From the NCBI GenBank assembly GCA_045105515.1, contig JBGCDR010000449.1, positions 1 to 39,297 on the forward strand: 39,297 nucleotides of DNA, written 5' to 3'. This DNA is from Oligoflexales bacterium (lineage in GTDB: Bacteria; Bdellovibrionota_B; Oligoflexia; Oligoflexales; Bog-1112). Position numbers and translations under genes: made by a program. The notes below the pieces were generated by a model, which worked only from the letters and a program-made list of their open reading frames with translations, was not told the origin of the DNA and made no database searches. Of this stretch, positions 28,654 to 38,291 are shown piece after piece (the stretch's first letter is position 1; every line of letters starts with the position of its first letter).

Positions 28654-29571
28654 ATGATACCAGCCGAATTTATTCACAATGTCATTGAAGGTATTGTTTT
28701 AATCGCAACGGATCGATTAATCCCTTTAATGATAATTCTGTTCTGCTTTGCCCTCTTTATTCGGGTACTTATTTTCTTTATGGTAACCAGAGAGCTATGG
28801 TTTACCAATGAGTTCTATAAAAGAGTGCATCGTTTTGTCGAGGCAAATAGAAAGTCTAAAGACCTGTCGTTTTATATTATTGTGAAGAAAATTTTAGAAA
28901 GAACTTTTTATGAGTTATATGAAGTCCGGGCAATTATGAAAAGGCGAAAACTTGATGCCATCACTCCTTTAGGCGACCGGATTTTCTTAATCCAACATGG
29001 ATCGGCACGGGTTGTTAGTGACACCTTAACTCAGGTTCGGCATCTAAAACATGAGCGTGAACACCCCAAATTACTTCAAATCTCTAAAACAGTTTTTGAA
29101 AACAACCCATCTTTCAAAAAATTGTTCGGAATCATTCCTACGGCAACTTTGAATGACTTTCTCGGTATTCTTCCTGGTATCTTTATCATTGGAGGAATTT
29201 TTGGTACTTTCCTAGGAATTATGAAAGCTTTACCTGAATTAGGTGGAATGGACCTAAGTGATGTAGAAGGTTCAAAAACCATTATGGACGATTTCTTACT
29301 TAAAATCTCATTTTCTATGACAACATCAATAGTCGGAATTATGTTATCTGTAGCTTTGAATATCTTTAATACCTTTACATCACCGGATAAAATATTTATT
29401 AATATTATCAATAGATTTGAAAACAGTCTTGATATTTTATGGAATCTTAGTGAGCATAATAATGTTCCAGAAGATGTCGAAGATTTCGATGAACATCGTG
29501 ATCCAATCGAAGCCCTAGCCGAAAAATCTGTAGACAAAGAACTTGGTTCTGATGAAAAATATCGCTCTTAG
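28654..29571 (+). CDS. MotA/TolQ/ExbB/ZorA-like three-TM proton-channel subunit
   Basis: TM1 near the N-terminus, GIFGTFLGIMKAL and ISFSMTTSIVGIMLSV matching the channel hairpin. Starts 10 bp after the MotB-like gene, with GAGG RBS. Confidence 0.75.
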   Translation: MIPAEFIHNVIEGIVLIATDRLIPLMIILFCFALFIRVLIFFMVTRELWFTNEFYKRVHRFVEANRKSKDLSFYIIVKKILERTFYELYEVRAIMKRRKLDAITPLGDRIFLIQHGSARVVSDTLTQVRHLKHEREHPKLLQISKTVFENNPSFKKLFGIIPTATLNDFLGILPGIFIIGGIFGTFLGIMKALPELGGMDLSDVEGSKTIMDDFLLKISFSMTTSIVGIMLSVALNIFNTFTSPDKIFINIINRFENSLDILWNLSEHNNVPEDVEDFDEHRDPIEALAEKSVDKELGSDEKYRS

Positions 29572-32500
29572 AAATCCTTTGCCTGCTTTTCATAGAAAGT
29601 TCTTTTAAATTTAAAGTAGGCAAAATAATTAGCTTCAGTCTTCAGAATTTTGATAGCTTTATCTTTAAAATCTACTTCCATGCCCCGTAATCCAATAATT
29701 GCAGACTCAACGGTATCATTTCGCAGTTTCTCAGCAGCTCGTTCAATTTTTTTGACCAATGCTTTTTCCAAAACGACAATTTGAACAACATCGTTTTCCT
29801 GTAAATCAAGCTTATCTTCGAAATACTTGTTTAAGCCAACGATCCACTTTTTATGTATTCTTGAATCAGTTTCAAATTCAACATACCTACTCGTATACAA
29901 GACATTGTCAACAAAAGTATCTTTAAATTCTGCCGTCTTATCTGGATCAAATTTTGCCTTTTTCCGCTTTTTATCTTTTGATTCCTTAACTTTTTTTGTG
30001 TACAGTTCTGATACGGTATTTTTATTGTTTTTTTCATCTTTTATCATGTTTGATAAATATGGAGCAGCCACATCATAAGCTGCAACTAAAGTAGCTAGTC
30101 CAGCGATTCCAAACGCTAGTTTCATGTAGAATAATTTGTTTTTCTTAATTATACTCTTATCAGCAATAAGCACTTCATTTATTTCAGTTTTAAATTTAGC
30201 TTTTTCATCATAATTCATCACCGTATCGATAATTTGGCTGACGTTATCAATTAGAGCATTTGCTGGCTCTTCTTTACTGCTCGATTGGACAATAGATATT
30301 TGTTTTCTTAGTTTCAGCTCTACTTGTTTTAAGACCTCTCTTATTTCATCTTTTCTTCGATTTTTATATTTACGTTGCATGGTTTTACAATCGGCTTCGA
30401 CACGTTCAATCTCCTGCAACTTAAATATTGCGAGTTTTTCTTTTTGGGCTTTTTTATCATCCTCGTACTTCTTTTGACTTTGATCTTTTAAATTATTTGC
30501 CTCCTTATTGGCATTTTCTAGTAGTGCTTTTGCATCCTTCTGCATTTTTGCTCTAATTTGCAGCTCCTGCTTCCGTTGAGCTTCAAACTCTTCATTGGCG
30601 GATTTTTGCTTATTAGCAATTTGCTGCTGGGCTTGTTGTTGTATTTCTTCAGCTTTCTTTTGTGCTTCACCTGTAATCTGTTCAGCCTTATTTCTTGCAC
30701 CTACGACAAGACCTTCCCGTTCTTTTTCCGCTTCAATCATTTGTAATCTTTTATATCTTTCTGCATTTTTTTCAGCTTTTTCTTTAACTTTTTTCGACTC
30801 TTCAACAATTCCTTCAGCTTCTTGCTGTGCGGCTTCAATAAGCTGGGCCTTTTCTGCGCCAACAGATTCTTTTATTTTCTCAGATTCAGCAACAATTTCC
30901 TGAGCTTCTTCCTTCGCTGACTCAATAATCGCATTTCTATCTGCGCCAACAGATTCTTTTATTTTCTCAGATTCAGCAACAATTTCCTGAGCCTCTTCTT
31001 TTGCGGTATCAATAATTGCAGCTCTATCTGCATTAATTGATTCTTTCAAATTTTCAGCTGCAGAAACAATATCTTTTGCTTCTTGATTTGCAGCATCAAT
31101 AATATGCTCTTTTTCAGAATTAACTAATTCTTTGTATTTTTCAGCTTCAGCAATAATTTCGCTGGCTTCTTGTTTTGCTGTTTCAGTTGCTTGCTCTCGT
31201 TCCTGTCTAGCCAATTCACGGTCGTTATGGGCTTCAGTAATAATGTCACTGGCTTCTTGTCTTGCGGTTTCAGTTGCCTGCTCTCGTTCCTGTCTAGCCA
31301 ATTCACGGTCATTTTCTGCTTCAGCAATAATCTCACTGGCTTCTTGCCTTGCGGTTTCAGTTGCCTGCTCTCTTTCGGTTCTTGCTAACTCTCTATACTG
31401 TTCTGCTTCGGCAATAATTTCGCTGGCTTGTTGCTTTGATGATTCAAGAAGATTTGCTTTTTGGTCTTCAAATGTTAGTCTAAATTCTTCAGCTTCCGCC
31501 TCAATTGCAGTTTTTTTAGCTTCTGCGCTTTTCAAATGCTCTTCTGCATCCTTGCGCATTCTCTCTGTTTCCTGAGTTACCTCTATTTCCATTTCGTTTC
31601 TTAAAATTCTGGCCTCTTGGACAGCATTCTTTTTGATCCCATGAGCAGTATCATGTGCCTGCTGAATTAGCGCTTGATGTTCAAGAGCTAAATTATCGGC
31701 ATCTTCTTTAAACTTTAACTTTTGCTCTTCTATTTCTCCTCTTATCTTTTCTAATTTTGAAGCTTCGATTTCAAGCTCTTCTTTATGCTCAACAATCGCA
31801 TTTTGAAAATCATTTTTATGTGATTTTTTGAGTTCTATTTCCTCTAAAAGATTTTTAGACTTAGATTGCAGTTTTGATTTTACCGTAAGACATCTATTAA
31901 TATAGTCCGTCAAATCGTTCATTCTAATTTCACGGAGAGTTTCTGCTTCTAACTGATCTTTGATCCTTTCTTCAATTCCGGTAAGATTCTGTTTAGCTTT
32001 TTCTCCTTCAGACTCAATTCTTTCATTTTCAGCATTCATTTTTTTGCGGATTAGATAAATCTTATCCAATGCCGCTTTGGAATCATGTATTTCATTTTGC
32101 ATCTTCATTTTTTTTGATTTTAGTTGTCCTAGGACCGATTCGTGCTTTTCTTTTTCGAGCTGGAGCTGACTAATCTCTTTGGTTAAACGATCCTTACCAG
32201 CAGTTGCTTCCCGGATAGCTAACTGGTTTTGCGCAATCTCCAGAGAAATTTCCGCAGTTTTCGCAGTTTTTTCAGCCTCGAGGATATTGAGAAATGTTTC
32301 TTTTTCTTTTTTTGCATGTTCCAGGGCAAATCGAGCTGCCTCAGTCTTTTTCTCTAAGTCAACAAGTTCATTACGGAAAGACTCGACCTTATCTTGAAGA
32401 TCATGATTTTGCTGCTCCATATTGTTAACATACTGGTCGTATTCCGCATGTATTCCACTATCATCTTCAGTCATTGAACTTGAAGTTTCATAATCCTCAG

Positions 32501-32681
32501 ATGATGAATCAAACGATGCACTTTCTGAATCATCATGTTCATCTGATTCAGGCAATACTTTGTCTGAATCATCATGTTCAGATAATTCAGGCAATACGTT
32601 GTCAGTATCATCATGTTCATCTGATGGCACTATTGCAACAGGCGGTTTTTTATCTGCATTCTCGATGAGCTTTTTCCTCAT
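29568..32681 (-). CDS. Large coiled-coil repeat protein with a single C-proximal TM helix
   Basis: 1037-aa E/A/K-rich ORF, acidic N-terminus, tandem repeats, hydrophobic segment LAFGIAGLATLVAAY at aa ~855-870. Confidence 0.8.
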   Translation of the reverse strand: MRKKLIENADKKPPVAIVPSDEHDDTDNVLPELSEHDDSDKVLPESDEHDDSESASFDSSSEDYETSSSMTEDDSGIHAEYDQYVNNMEQQNHDLQDKVESFRNELVDLEKKTEAARFALEHAKKEKETFLNILEAEKTAKTAEISLEIAQNQLAIREATAGKDRLTKEISQLQLEKEKHESVLGQLKSKKMKMQNEIHDSKAALDKIYLIRKKMNAENERIESEGEKAKQNLTGIEERIKDQLEAETLREIRMNDLTDYINRCLTVKSKLQSKSKNLLEEIELKKSHKNDFQNAIVEHKEELEIEASKLEKIRGEIEEQKLKFKEDADNLALEHQALIQQAHDTAHGIKKNAVQEARILRNEMEIEVTQETERMRKDAEEHLKSAEAKKTAIEAEAEEFRLTFEDQKANLLESSKQQASEIIAEAEQYRELARTEREQATETARQEASEIIAEAENDRELARQEREQATETARQEASDIITEAHNDRELARQEREQATETAKQEASEIIAEAEKYKELVNSEKEHIIDAANQEAKDIVSAAENLKESINADRAAIIDTAKEEAQEIVAESEKIKESVGADRNAIIESAKEEAQEIVAESEKIKESVGAEKAQLIEAAQQEAEGIVEESKKVKEKAEKNAERYKRLQMIEAEKEREGLVVGARNKAEQITGEAQKKAEEIQQQAQQQIANKQKSANEEFEAQRKQELQIRAKMQKDAKALLENANKEANNLKDQSQKKYEDDKKAQKEKLAIFKLQEIERVEADCKTMQRKYKNRRKDEIREVLKQVELKLRKQISIVQSSSKEEPANALIDNVSQIIDTVMNYDEKAKFKTEINEVLIADKSIIKKNKLFYMKLAFGIAGLATLVAAYDVAAPYLSNMIKDEKNNKNTVSELYTKKVKESKDKKRKKAKFDPDKTAEFKDTFVDNVLYTSRYVEFETDSRIHKKWIVGLNKYFEDKLDLQENDVVQIVVLEKALVKKIERAAEKLRNDTVESAIIGLRGMEVDFKDKAIKILKTEANYFAYFKFKRTFYEKQAKDF
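30765..31460 (-). repeat. Eight degenerate tandem 87-bp (29-aa) coding repeats
   Basis: Unit like REQATETARQEASEIIAEAENDRELARQE. Near-identical DNA such as ctctcgttcctgtctagccaattcacggtc recurs 87 bp apart. Confidence 0.9.
32524..32625 (-). repeat. About 2.6 copies of a 39-bp (13-aa) coding repeat, EHDDxDxVLPExx
   Basis: atcatcatgttca recurs at 32529, 32568 and 32607. Confidence 0.85.
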
Positions 32682-32707
32682 GACAATAATTTGGAAACCC
32701 AGACAGC

Positions 32708-32734
32708 CTATCGGCTAAACCTGCAGTATCCTAA
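32708..32734 (-). promoter_or_regulatory. Putative sigma28-type promoter
   Basis: Minus strand TTAG-N15-GCCGATAG, 27 bp upstream of the ATG at 32681. Confidence 0.5.
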
Positions 32735-32839
32735 ATTTTAATTGAAGACAATCGCGAATTCTCGATAAGCTACTTAATTGAACGGAAAAAAGGAGAGAAA
32801 ATTTATTCCTCTAGGACCCAAGCTGCACCAAGAAAGCCA

Positions 32840-34183
32840 TTATGCAATGTTGGAAAAGGAGGCTCCTTTATAACTTGGTAATTCTACTACAAAGCTCGTA
32901 TTTTCGCTTTTTCTATTGATATATAGCTTACCATTATGATGTTTAACAATACCAAGTGCTACACTTAAACCTAGACCAGTACCTTTACCAACTTCCTTAG
33001 TGGTAAAAAATGGCTGCATAACCTTAGATTGTAAATCATCGGGTATCCCTGTACCGCTATCTGTTATGGTTATTTCAATGCTATTTGATTCTTTCACAAT
33101 CGTAATCTTTATCCATCTTTCCTTTAGTTCCTTAATCGCATCTATTGAATTAGAAAACAAATTGAGGAATACCTGCATAAGCTGTGATGGCTTACAAAGA
33201 ATATTAAAATCATGTTCAATATCGAATCTCAAGTCGATATTGTATTTATGAATTTGTTCATTTGTGAGAATGATACACTGTTCAATAACTTTTTTGATTG
33301 AATACTCTTGCTGTTCACTGCTTTTTTCATCGACCGAAAAAGATCTTAGCCCACTAACAATCTTAGCAATTCTTTGAACATGTAGCTCGATATTTTGCGA
33401 GACTTTCAATAAAGAATTGGATTCTTTTTCGTTAAGTCCAAAATCCCCTCGTTCCACAAAAATTTGAAGCTGACGAGCTCTAGAACTAATAATAGCTAAA
33501 GGATTATTTACTTCATGAGCAATACCTGATGACATTACTTTAAGAGCTGCCATCCTTGAATTTTCTAAATGAACCTCATCTGCACGAATGATTCTATTAT
33601 GATAGGTTTCTAAAATACCTAAGATTATAAAACCTAAACCCCAAAGTAGGAATGCATTTAGAATCACATGAAAGTTCCCAACAGTTGTTAATACCAGGTT
33701 AGGACCATGATAAAGAGACGAGAATAATGCACTGGGCTCTCCTGGAAGGAAGAAAAAAGTTATTAATAAACCTAACAAAGAAGGGATAAATTCCCAAAAG
33801 AAGGAGAATTTATCTTCTGGCTCAAATATGATGAATATTACCAAAATAGTAGTATAGTGGTAAATATATACATTGCTATCTCTACCTAATAGCCAACTAC
33901 CGGCACAAATTAGAATATTCATACCCGTCAAAAAGACATGTTGAGATATTTTCACTTGGTTACAAACATTAAGACTGTAAATAGTCCCGAAAAAAATAAA
34001 AAAAGGTAGGCATGTAAAAATAAGCGCGTAGTACCCCATATAAAAATAATAAAGAGCACAGAAAAAAACTACTGGGGTCGCAAACAGGCAGCAGCTATTG
34101 ATCGCAATGATGCACCTTTTTAGATGATCTTCACGGATCTGTGAAGTACCTGCACGTAATAATTTGAACAAAAAATTAAACAT
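32840..34183 (-). CDS. Multi-TM sensor histidine kinase (NtrB-like kinase core)
   Basis: About six hydrophobic N-terminal helices, GIAHEVNNPL, NLFSNSIDA, DSGTG, PFFTTKEVGKGTGLGL. Confidence 0.92.
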   Translation of the reverse strand: MFNFLFKLLRAGTSQIREDHLKRCIIAINSCCLFATPVVFFCALYYFYMGYYALIFTCLPFFIFFGTIYSLNVCNQVKISQHVFLTGMNILICAGSWLLGRDSNVYIYHYTTILVIFIIFEPEDKFSFFWEFIPSLLGLLITFFFLPGEPSALFSSLYHGPNLVLTTVGNFHVILNAFLLWGLGFIILGILETYHNRIIRADEVHLENSRMAALKVMSSGIAHEVNNPLAIISSRARQLQIFVERGDFGLNEKESNSLLKVSQNIELHVQRIAKIVSGLRSFSVDEKSSEQQEYSIKKVIEQCIILTNEQIHKYNIDLRFDIEHDFNILCKPSQLMQVFLNLFSNSIDAIKELKERWIKITIVKESNSIEITITDSGTGIPDDLQSKVMQPFFTTKEVGKGTGLGLSVALGIVKHHNGKLYINRKSENTSFVVELPSYKGASFSNIA

Positions 34184-34271
34184 GAAGTATAAAACCAGTT
34201 AACAAATAGAAAGAAAACACACTTAACAGGATAATTTTAACGCGATTTTTGGAAGATTAGTTAGGCAAGAC

Positions 34272-35690
34272 TTATCCGTTTATATCAGCAAGAATTAACT
34301 TAACTTGGTCTCGAGTAAGCTTTGCTGCTAAGCCTGTATATTGTTCGGGTGTTAAAGCCTTCAAACTATCTTTGACTTCTGAAGGTAACTCACTGCAATC
34401 GTTGATGAGCCCATGAAGCTTTTCTAGATCGACTTTTTGACCCCTAGTCTTTTCTTTAAGCCTTTCATAAGCATCTAAGACTCCATAGGCGCGCATAACT
34501 GTTTGAATTGGTTCTGCCAGGACTTCAACACTAGCTGATAAATCATCAAATAAGCTTTTTTGGTCGAGTGACAATTTTTTTAGACCTTTAAGCAGAGATG
34601 ACTGGGCAAGATAGTGATGGCCAAGCATTGAGCCAGTTGCCCGCAGCACAGTTGAATCACTCAGGTCCCTTTGCCATCTAGAAATGGGAAGCTTTCGGGC
34701 AAAATGATCAGCAAGAGAAATCGTAATCCCAAAATTCCCCTCAGCATTTTCGAAATCAATAGGATTGACCTTATGAGGCATTGTGCTTGAACCCACTTCA
34801 CCAGCAACAAGCTTTTGTTTGAAGTAGCCTAGGGAAATATACCCCCAAATATCCCTCGCTAAATCAAGGCAGATAGTATCCCATTGGCTAATACGCCCAC
34901 ACCATTCTGCTATCCCATCATGGTTCTCAATCTGAGTACTCATTGGATTCCAATTTAAGCCCAAAACATCCTCGACAAAATCTTTGGCAAGAGCTTCCCA
35001 ATTCACCTGAGGAAACGCTACTATATGAGCATTATAATTTCCTACTGCTCCATTGACCTTGCCAGGGAACTGCTGATTCTTTATGCATGCATAGGAATTG
35101 TTTAATCGATAAGCAAAATTGGCTAATTCCTTACCCATGGTGGTGGGGCTGGCAGGTTGACCATGGGTACGTGAGAGCATGGCAGCTTCTGCATACTCCT
35201 TTGCAAATTCAGATAGCATCTGGATCAGCTTACGCATTTGGGGGAGAATTTGCTCCTGATTGACCTTTTGAAAAAGAAGATTGTAGGCAAGATTATTGAT
35301 ATCTTCCGAGGTACAGGCAAAATGAATCATGGCTAAGCTTGACTCGGAAACCCCAGATTTTTTAAGCGCAGCACGTAAGAAGTATTCAACTGCTTTCACA
35401 TCATGATTAGTTTCCGCTTCTATTTCTTTCACCTGATGAGCCTGAGCACTAAAATCCTCAGCACTCATGCGATTGATCTTTTCTAGATCATCATGGCTAG
35501 GTTTCCAAGGCAACGTCAACTCACTTTCACGAGCTATCTGACCTAGATGAGATAGCCATTTCAGCTCCACTGTAATTCGAGAATTGATCAAAGCACCTTC
35601 ACTAACGTATGGCTTCAAAGCTTGCAGCTTCGATGCATAACGCCCATCTACAGGACTGATCGCCCATAAAGGACCTGCTAATCTATCCAT
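34272..35690 (-). CDS. purB: Adenylosuccinate lyase
   Basis: AISPVDGRY, TNHDVKAVEY, HFACTSEDINN, RTHGQPA, GSSTMPHKVNPIDFENAEGN, SRWQRDLSDS. Confidence 0.97.
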   Translation of the reverse strand: MDRLAGPLWAISPVDGRYASKLQALKPYVSEGALINSRITVELKWLSHLGQIARESELTLPWKPSHDDLEKINRMSAEDFSAQAHQVKEIEAETNHDVKAVEYFLRAALKKSGVSESSLAMIHFACTSEDINNLAYNLLFQKVNQEQILPQMRKLIQMLSEFAKEYAEAAMLSRTHGQPASPTTMGKELANFAYRLNNSYACIKNQQFPGKVNGAVGNYNAHIVAFPQVNWEALAKDFVEDVLGLNWNPMSTQIENHDGIAEWCGRISQWDTICLDLARDIWGYISLGYFKQKLVAGEVGSSTMPHKVNPIDFENAEGNFGITISLADHFARKLPISRWQRDLSDSTVLRATGSMLGHHYLAQSSLLKGLKKLSLDQKSLFDDLSASVEVLAEPIQTVMRAYGVLDAYERLKEKTRGQKVDLEKLHGLINDCSELPSEVKDSLKALTPEQYTGLAAKLTRDQVKLILADING

Positions 35691-35850
35691 GAACTTCTCC
35701 TTAACGCATACCGAGCTTCCTTCATGAAAGCCACAATGAATATATGGTCAATAAAAGCGTTAGAAGCAAGGATAAGAGTGGACAAAACTGGCACGGATGG
35801 ACTATATACAACTAGGCAGCGAAACATGATAATTCCGCAGGGGGGGCAAT

Positions 35851-37116
35851 ATGTCTCAGGTACATATTCTTGTTGGAGCCCAATGGGGAGATGAGGGAAA
35901 AGGCAAGTGGGTTGATATCCTTTCAGCTCACAAGGACATTGTTGCACGTTTCCAAGGAGGAAACAATGCAGGCCATACCCTCTACATTAACGAAGAAAAA
36001 ATCGTCTTACACCAATTACCCAGTGGCATCTTTCAAAAGCGAAAGGTATTAGCTTTGCTTTCAGGGGTCGTGATAAACCCGGTTCAACTTGCTTTAGAAA
36101 TTGATTCAGTTGCAGACAAAGTTACGCTTAATGCTGATAACCTATGGATCTCTGAAAAGGCTCATGTAATCACCCCTTATCATATATACCTAGATCAAAA
36201 GAACGAGAGCCAAAGTGCTACTCCAATAGGTACCACAAAAAGGGGAATTGGCCCGACTTACAGTGATAAAATTGAACGCACTGGGATCAGGATGATTTCC
36301 TATATTGATGATGCGCACCGCAAAGAGTGGTTAGCACACCTTCTTGACAGCTCTTGCGAATTTAGACAATCCTATGAAGAAAATAAACAACCTTGGGAAG
36401 AATTCGAACAAGCCGCAGAAAAACTTAAGCCTTTCGTTCAAGCTGCAGAACAAAGGGTGAGAAATGAGCTAAAAAATAGCAAGTCCCTGATGCTAGAAGG
36501 AGCACAAGGAACCTTGTTAGATATTAGCCATGGCACTTACCCATTTGTAACTTCTAGCTCCACCATTTCTGGGGGGGCAATCTCAAGCCTTGGCATGGAC
36601 CCAAGGAAGGTCACTAAGATCTATGGCATAGCAAAAGCATACGTTACTAGAGTTGGTGAAGGCCCATTTCCAACAGAGTTGAAAGATGATGTTGGAAAAA
36701 AACTGGGAGATAAAGGCCATGAGTTCGGAGCAACCACTAACCGACCAAGGCGCTGTGGTTGGTTTGACGCAGTAGCCATGAGGTATGCTGCAGAAGTCAA
36801 TGGCTTCGATGTTGTTCTGCTGAACAAAATGGACATTCTGAGTGGATTTGAAGAGCTTAAAATTGCAACTGCTTACAAACATCCAAATCTTGGTATTCTC
36901 AAGGAGTTTCCTAGCGATGAACGCATTCTAGCAGCCTGTGAACCTATTTACGAATCGGTTCCTGGTTTCATAGAGGAAATTCCTGAAACAGGTTCTTTTA
37001 ATGACCTTCCTGAAAATGCTAGAGCATACTGCAAACGTATCGAAGAGCTTTGCGATATCAAAATAGGTATGGTCGGAACTGGTCCGAAAAGAAACGATTA
37101 TATTACCTGTGTTTAA
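35851..37116 (+). CDS. purA: Adenylosuccinate synthetase
   Basis: GAQWGDEGKGK, FQGGNNAGHT, GTTKRGIGP, EGAQG, EFGATTNRPRRCGW. Confidence 0.97.
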   Translation: MSQVHILVGAQWGDEGKGKWVDILSAHKDIVARFQGGNNAGHTLYINEEKIVLHQLPSGIFQKRKVLALLSGVVINPVQLALEIDSVADKVTLNADNLWISEKAHVITPYHIYLDQKNESQSATPIGTTKRGIGPTYSDKIERTGIRMISYIDDAHRKEWLAHLLDSSCEFRQSYEENKQPWEEFEQAAEKLKPFVQAAEQRVRNELKNSKSLMLEGAQGTLLDISHGTYPFVTSSSTISGGAISSLGMDPRKVTKIYGIAKAYVTRVGEGPFPTELKDDVGKKLGDKGHEFGATTNRPRRCGWFDAVAMRYAAEVNGFDVVLLNKMDILSGFEELKIATAYKHPNLGILKEFPSDERILAACEPIYESVPGFIEEIPETGSFNDLPENARAYCKRIEELCDIKIGMVGTGPKRNDYITCV

Positions 37117-37175
37117 GATCTGAAAACCTGGTCATTTTGCCTGAGCTTTTGCGAACGGAGAGAATGCCCTTTAGC

Positions 37176-38291
37176 TCAATACCTTGAAAACCATCCTCTA
37201 ATAGTTAGCCCTTCGCGATTTAGAATCCCTATAAGCTGTCGAAATAAAGGCCATCCTCCAATTAGGCAAAGTGGAAATCCACTGATAAACCACTTTAAAC
37301 TAGACTTCATATAGCCCATTAAACTTGGCTCGCGCATGAATGCATAGCCTCCAATCAATGAGCCGAGTACAAGTGGCAAGATATTGGCATAAGCGAAGAA
37401 GACCTTGAAGCTTAGGTTCCTATTACTCCAATAACTATTCTTTAGCAATCCCCTATATGCAACACAAACAGTCAGATATTGGGCAAAATTAGCTAAGGTA
37501 GAGATTAATACTGTTTTGTTAAACCCATATAGCATGCAACTAACAGTAGCAGCTTGAATTATACTTACTAAAAGGCCCCAAAACCCGAAAGCTATAGAGA
37601 GGCAAATATTGATGAGGTATACAGGCCATAAGACTTGCTTCAACCACTTAGCTTCAAAGCTAAGGTGAATGGGGGAAATGTTAGTCGCGACCAAAAGCAT
37701 AGCCACTATCAACAATACAATCTTCAGAGAAAACAGTTGTCCTTGCCTTGGAACTCGCTCCTGATTCAATTTTCTTGCAATAATAATAGACTGTCTTTTT
37801 TCGCTGTTTGGAACGACACCTTCGAAATCCGTTAACATGTTCCAGCTCTTATAGTAATTCGAAAGATATTTTGAAGGTAAATAAATCGGGTAAGTTTGAT
37901 CCGTTTTGTGCCCATAATCTAATACATGCTGTAGCACATGAATGCCATCATTAGCAGTTAATTCCCAGATAAAGTCGAGCTCTTTTACAACATTAATCTC
38001 TTTTGAATTGAAGTATCGATTAATGTAAACGATATCAAATTTTAAGCCTGGAGGGAGCTTGTCAAAACTATTATATAAAGTGATTCCACTTTTTTTTGCA
38101 TTTAGATAGTTACAGTTCATATCGTGCAGATGCAACTTTGAACAAACGGAAAGCAAAAAGTCGAGGTCACTACTGTGGTACTCACCTATTAAAAGGATTT
38201 CAGGCCTTGCCTTAGGTGAATGTATCAATGCCTGATAAATAGTAGGATCAGGTTGGAATTGATTTCTGATTCTTTCTAAGTCGATACTCAT
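37176..38291 (-). CDS. Hypothetical protein: degenerate class I methyltransferase-like N-domain fused to a multi-TM domain
   Basis: LLIGEY, FDIVY and LTANDGIHVL resemble SAM-MTase strands; five to six hydrophobic helices at the C-terminus; start overlaps the kinase stop (ATGA). Confidence 0.5.
   Translation of the reverse strand: MSIDLERIRNQFQPDPTIYQALIHSPKARPEILLIGEYHSSDLDFLLSVCSKLHLHDMNCNYLNAKKSGITLYNSFDKLPPGLKFDIVYINRYFNSKEINVVKELDFIWELTANDGIHVLQHVLDYGHKTDQTYPIYLPSKYLSNYYKSWNMLTDFEGVVPNSEKRQSIIIARKLNQERVPRQGQLFSLKIVLLIVAMLLVATNISPIHLSFEAKWLKQVLWPVYLINICLSIAFGFWGLLVSIIQAATVSCMLYGFNKTVLISTLANFAQYLTVCVAYRGLLKNSYWSNRNLSFKVFFAYANILPLVLGSLIGGYAFMREPSLMGYMKSSLKWFISGFPLCLIGGWPLFRQLIGILNREGLTIRGWFSRY

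Noticed and set aside
26775..29571. Canonical Zorya defence system or flagellar motAB
   Set aside because: No zorC/D/E or flagellar genes, reversed gene order, no long ZorA tail, and the A subunit appears to have three rather than four TM helices.
30765..31460. CRISPR array
   Set aside because: The repeats are contiguous, in-frame, degenerate 87-bp coding units without unique spacers, and no cas genes are present.
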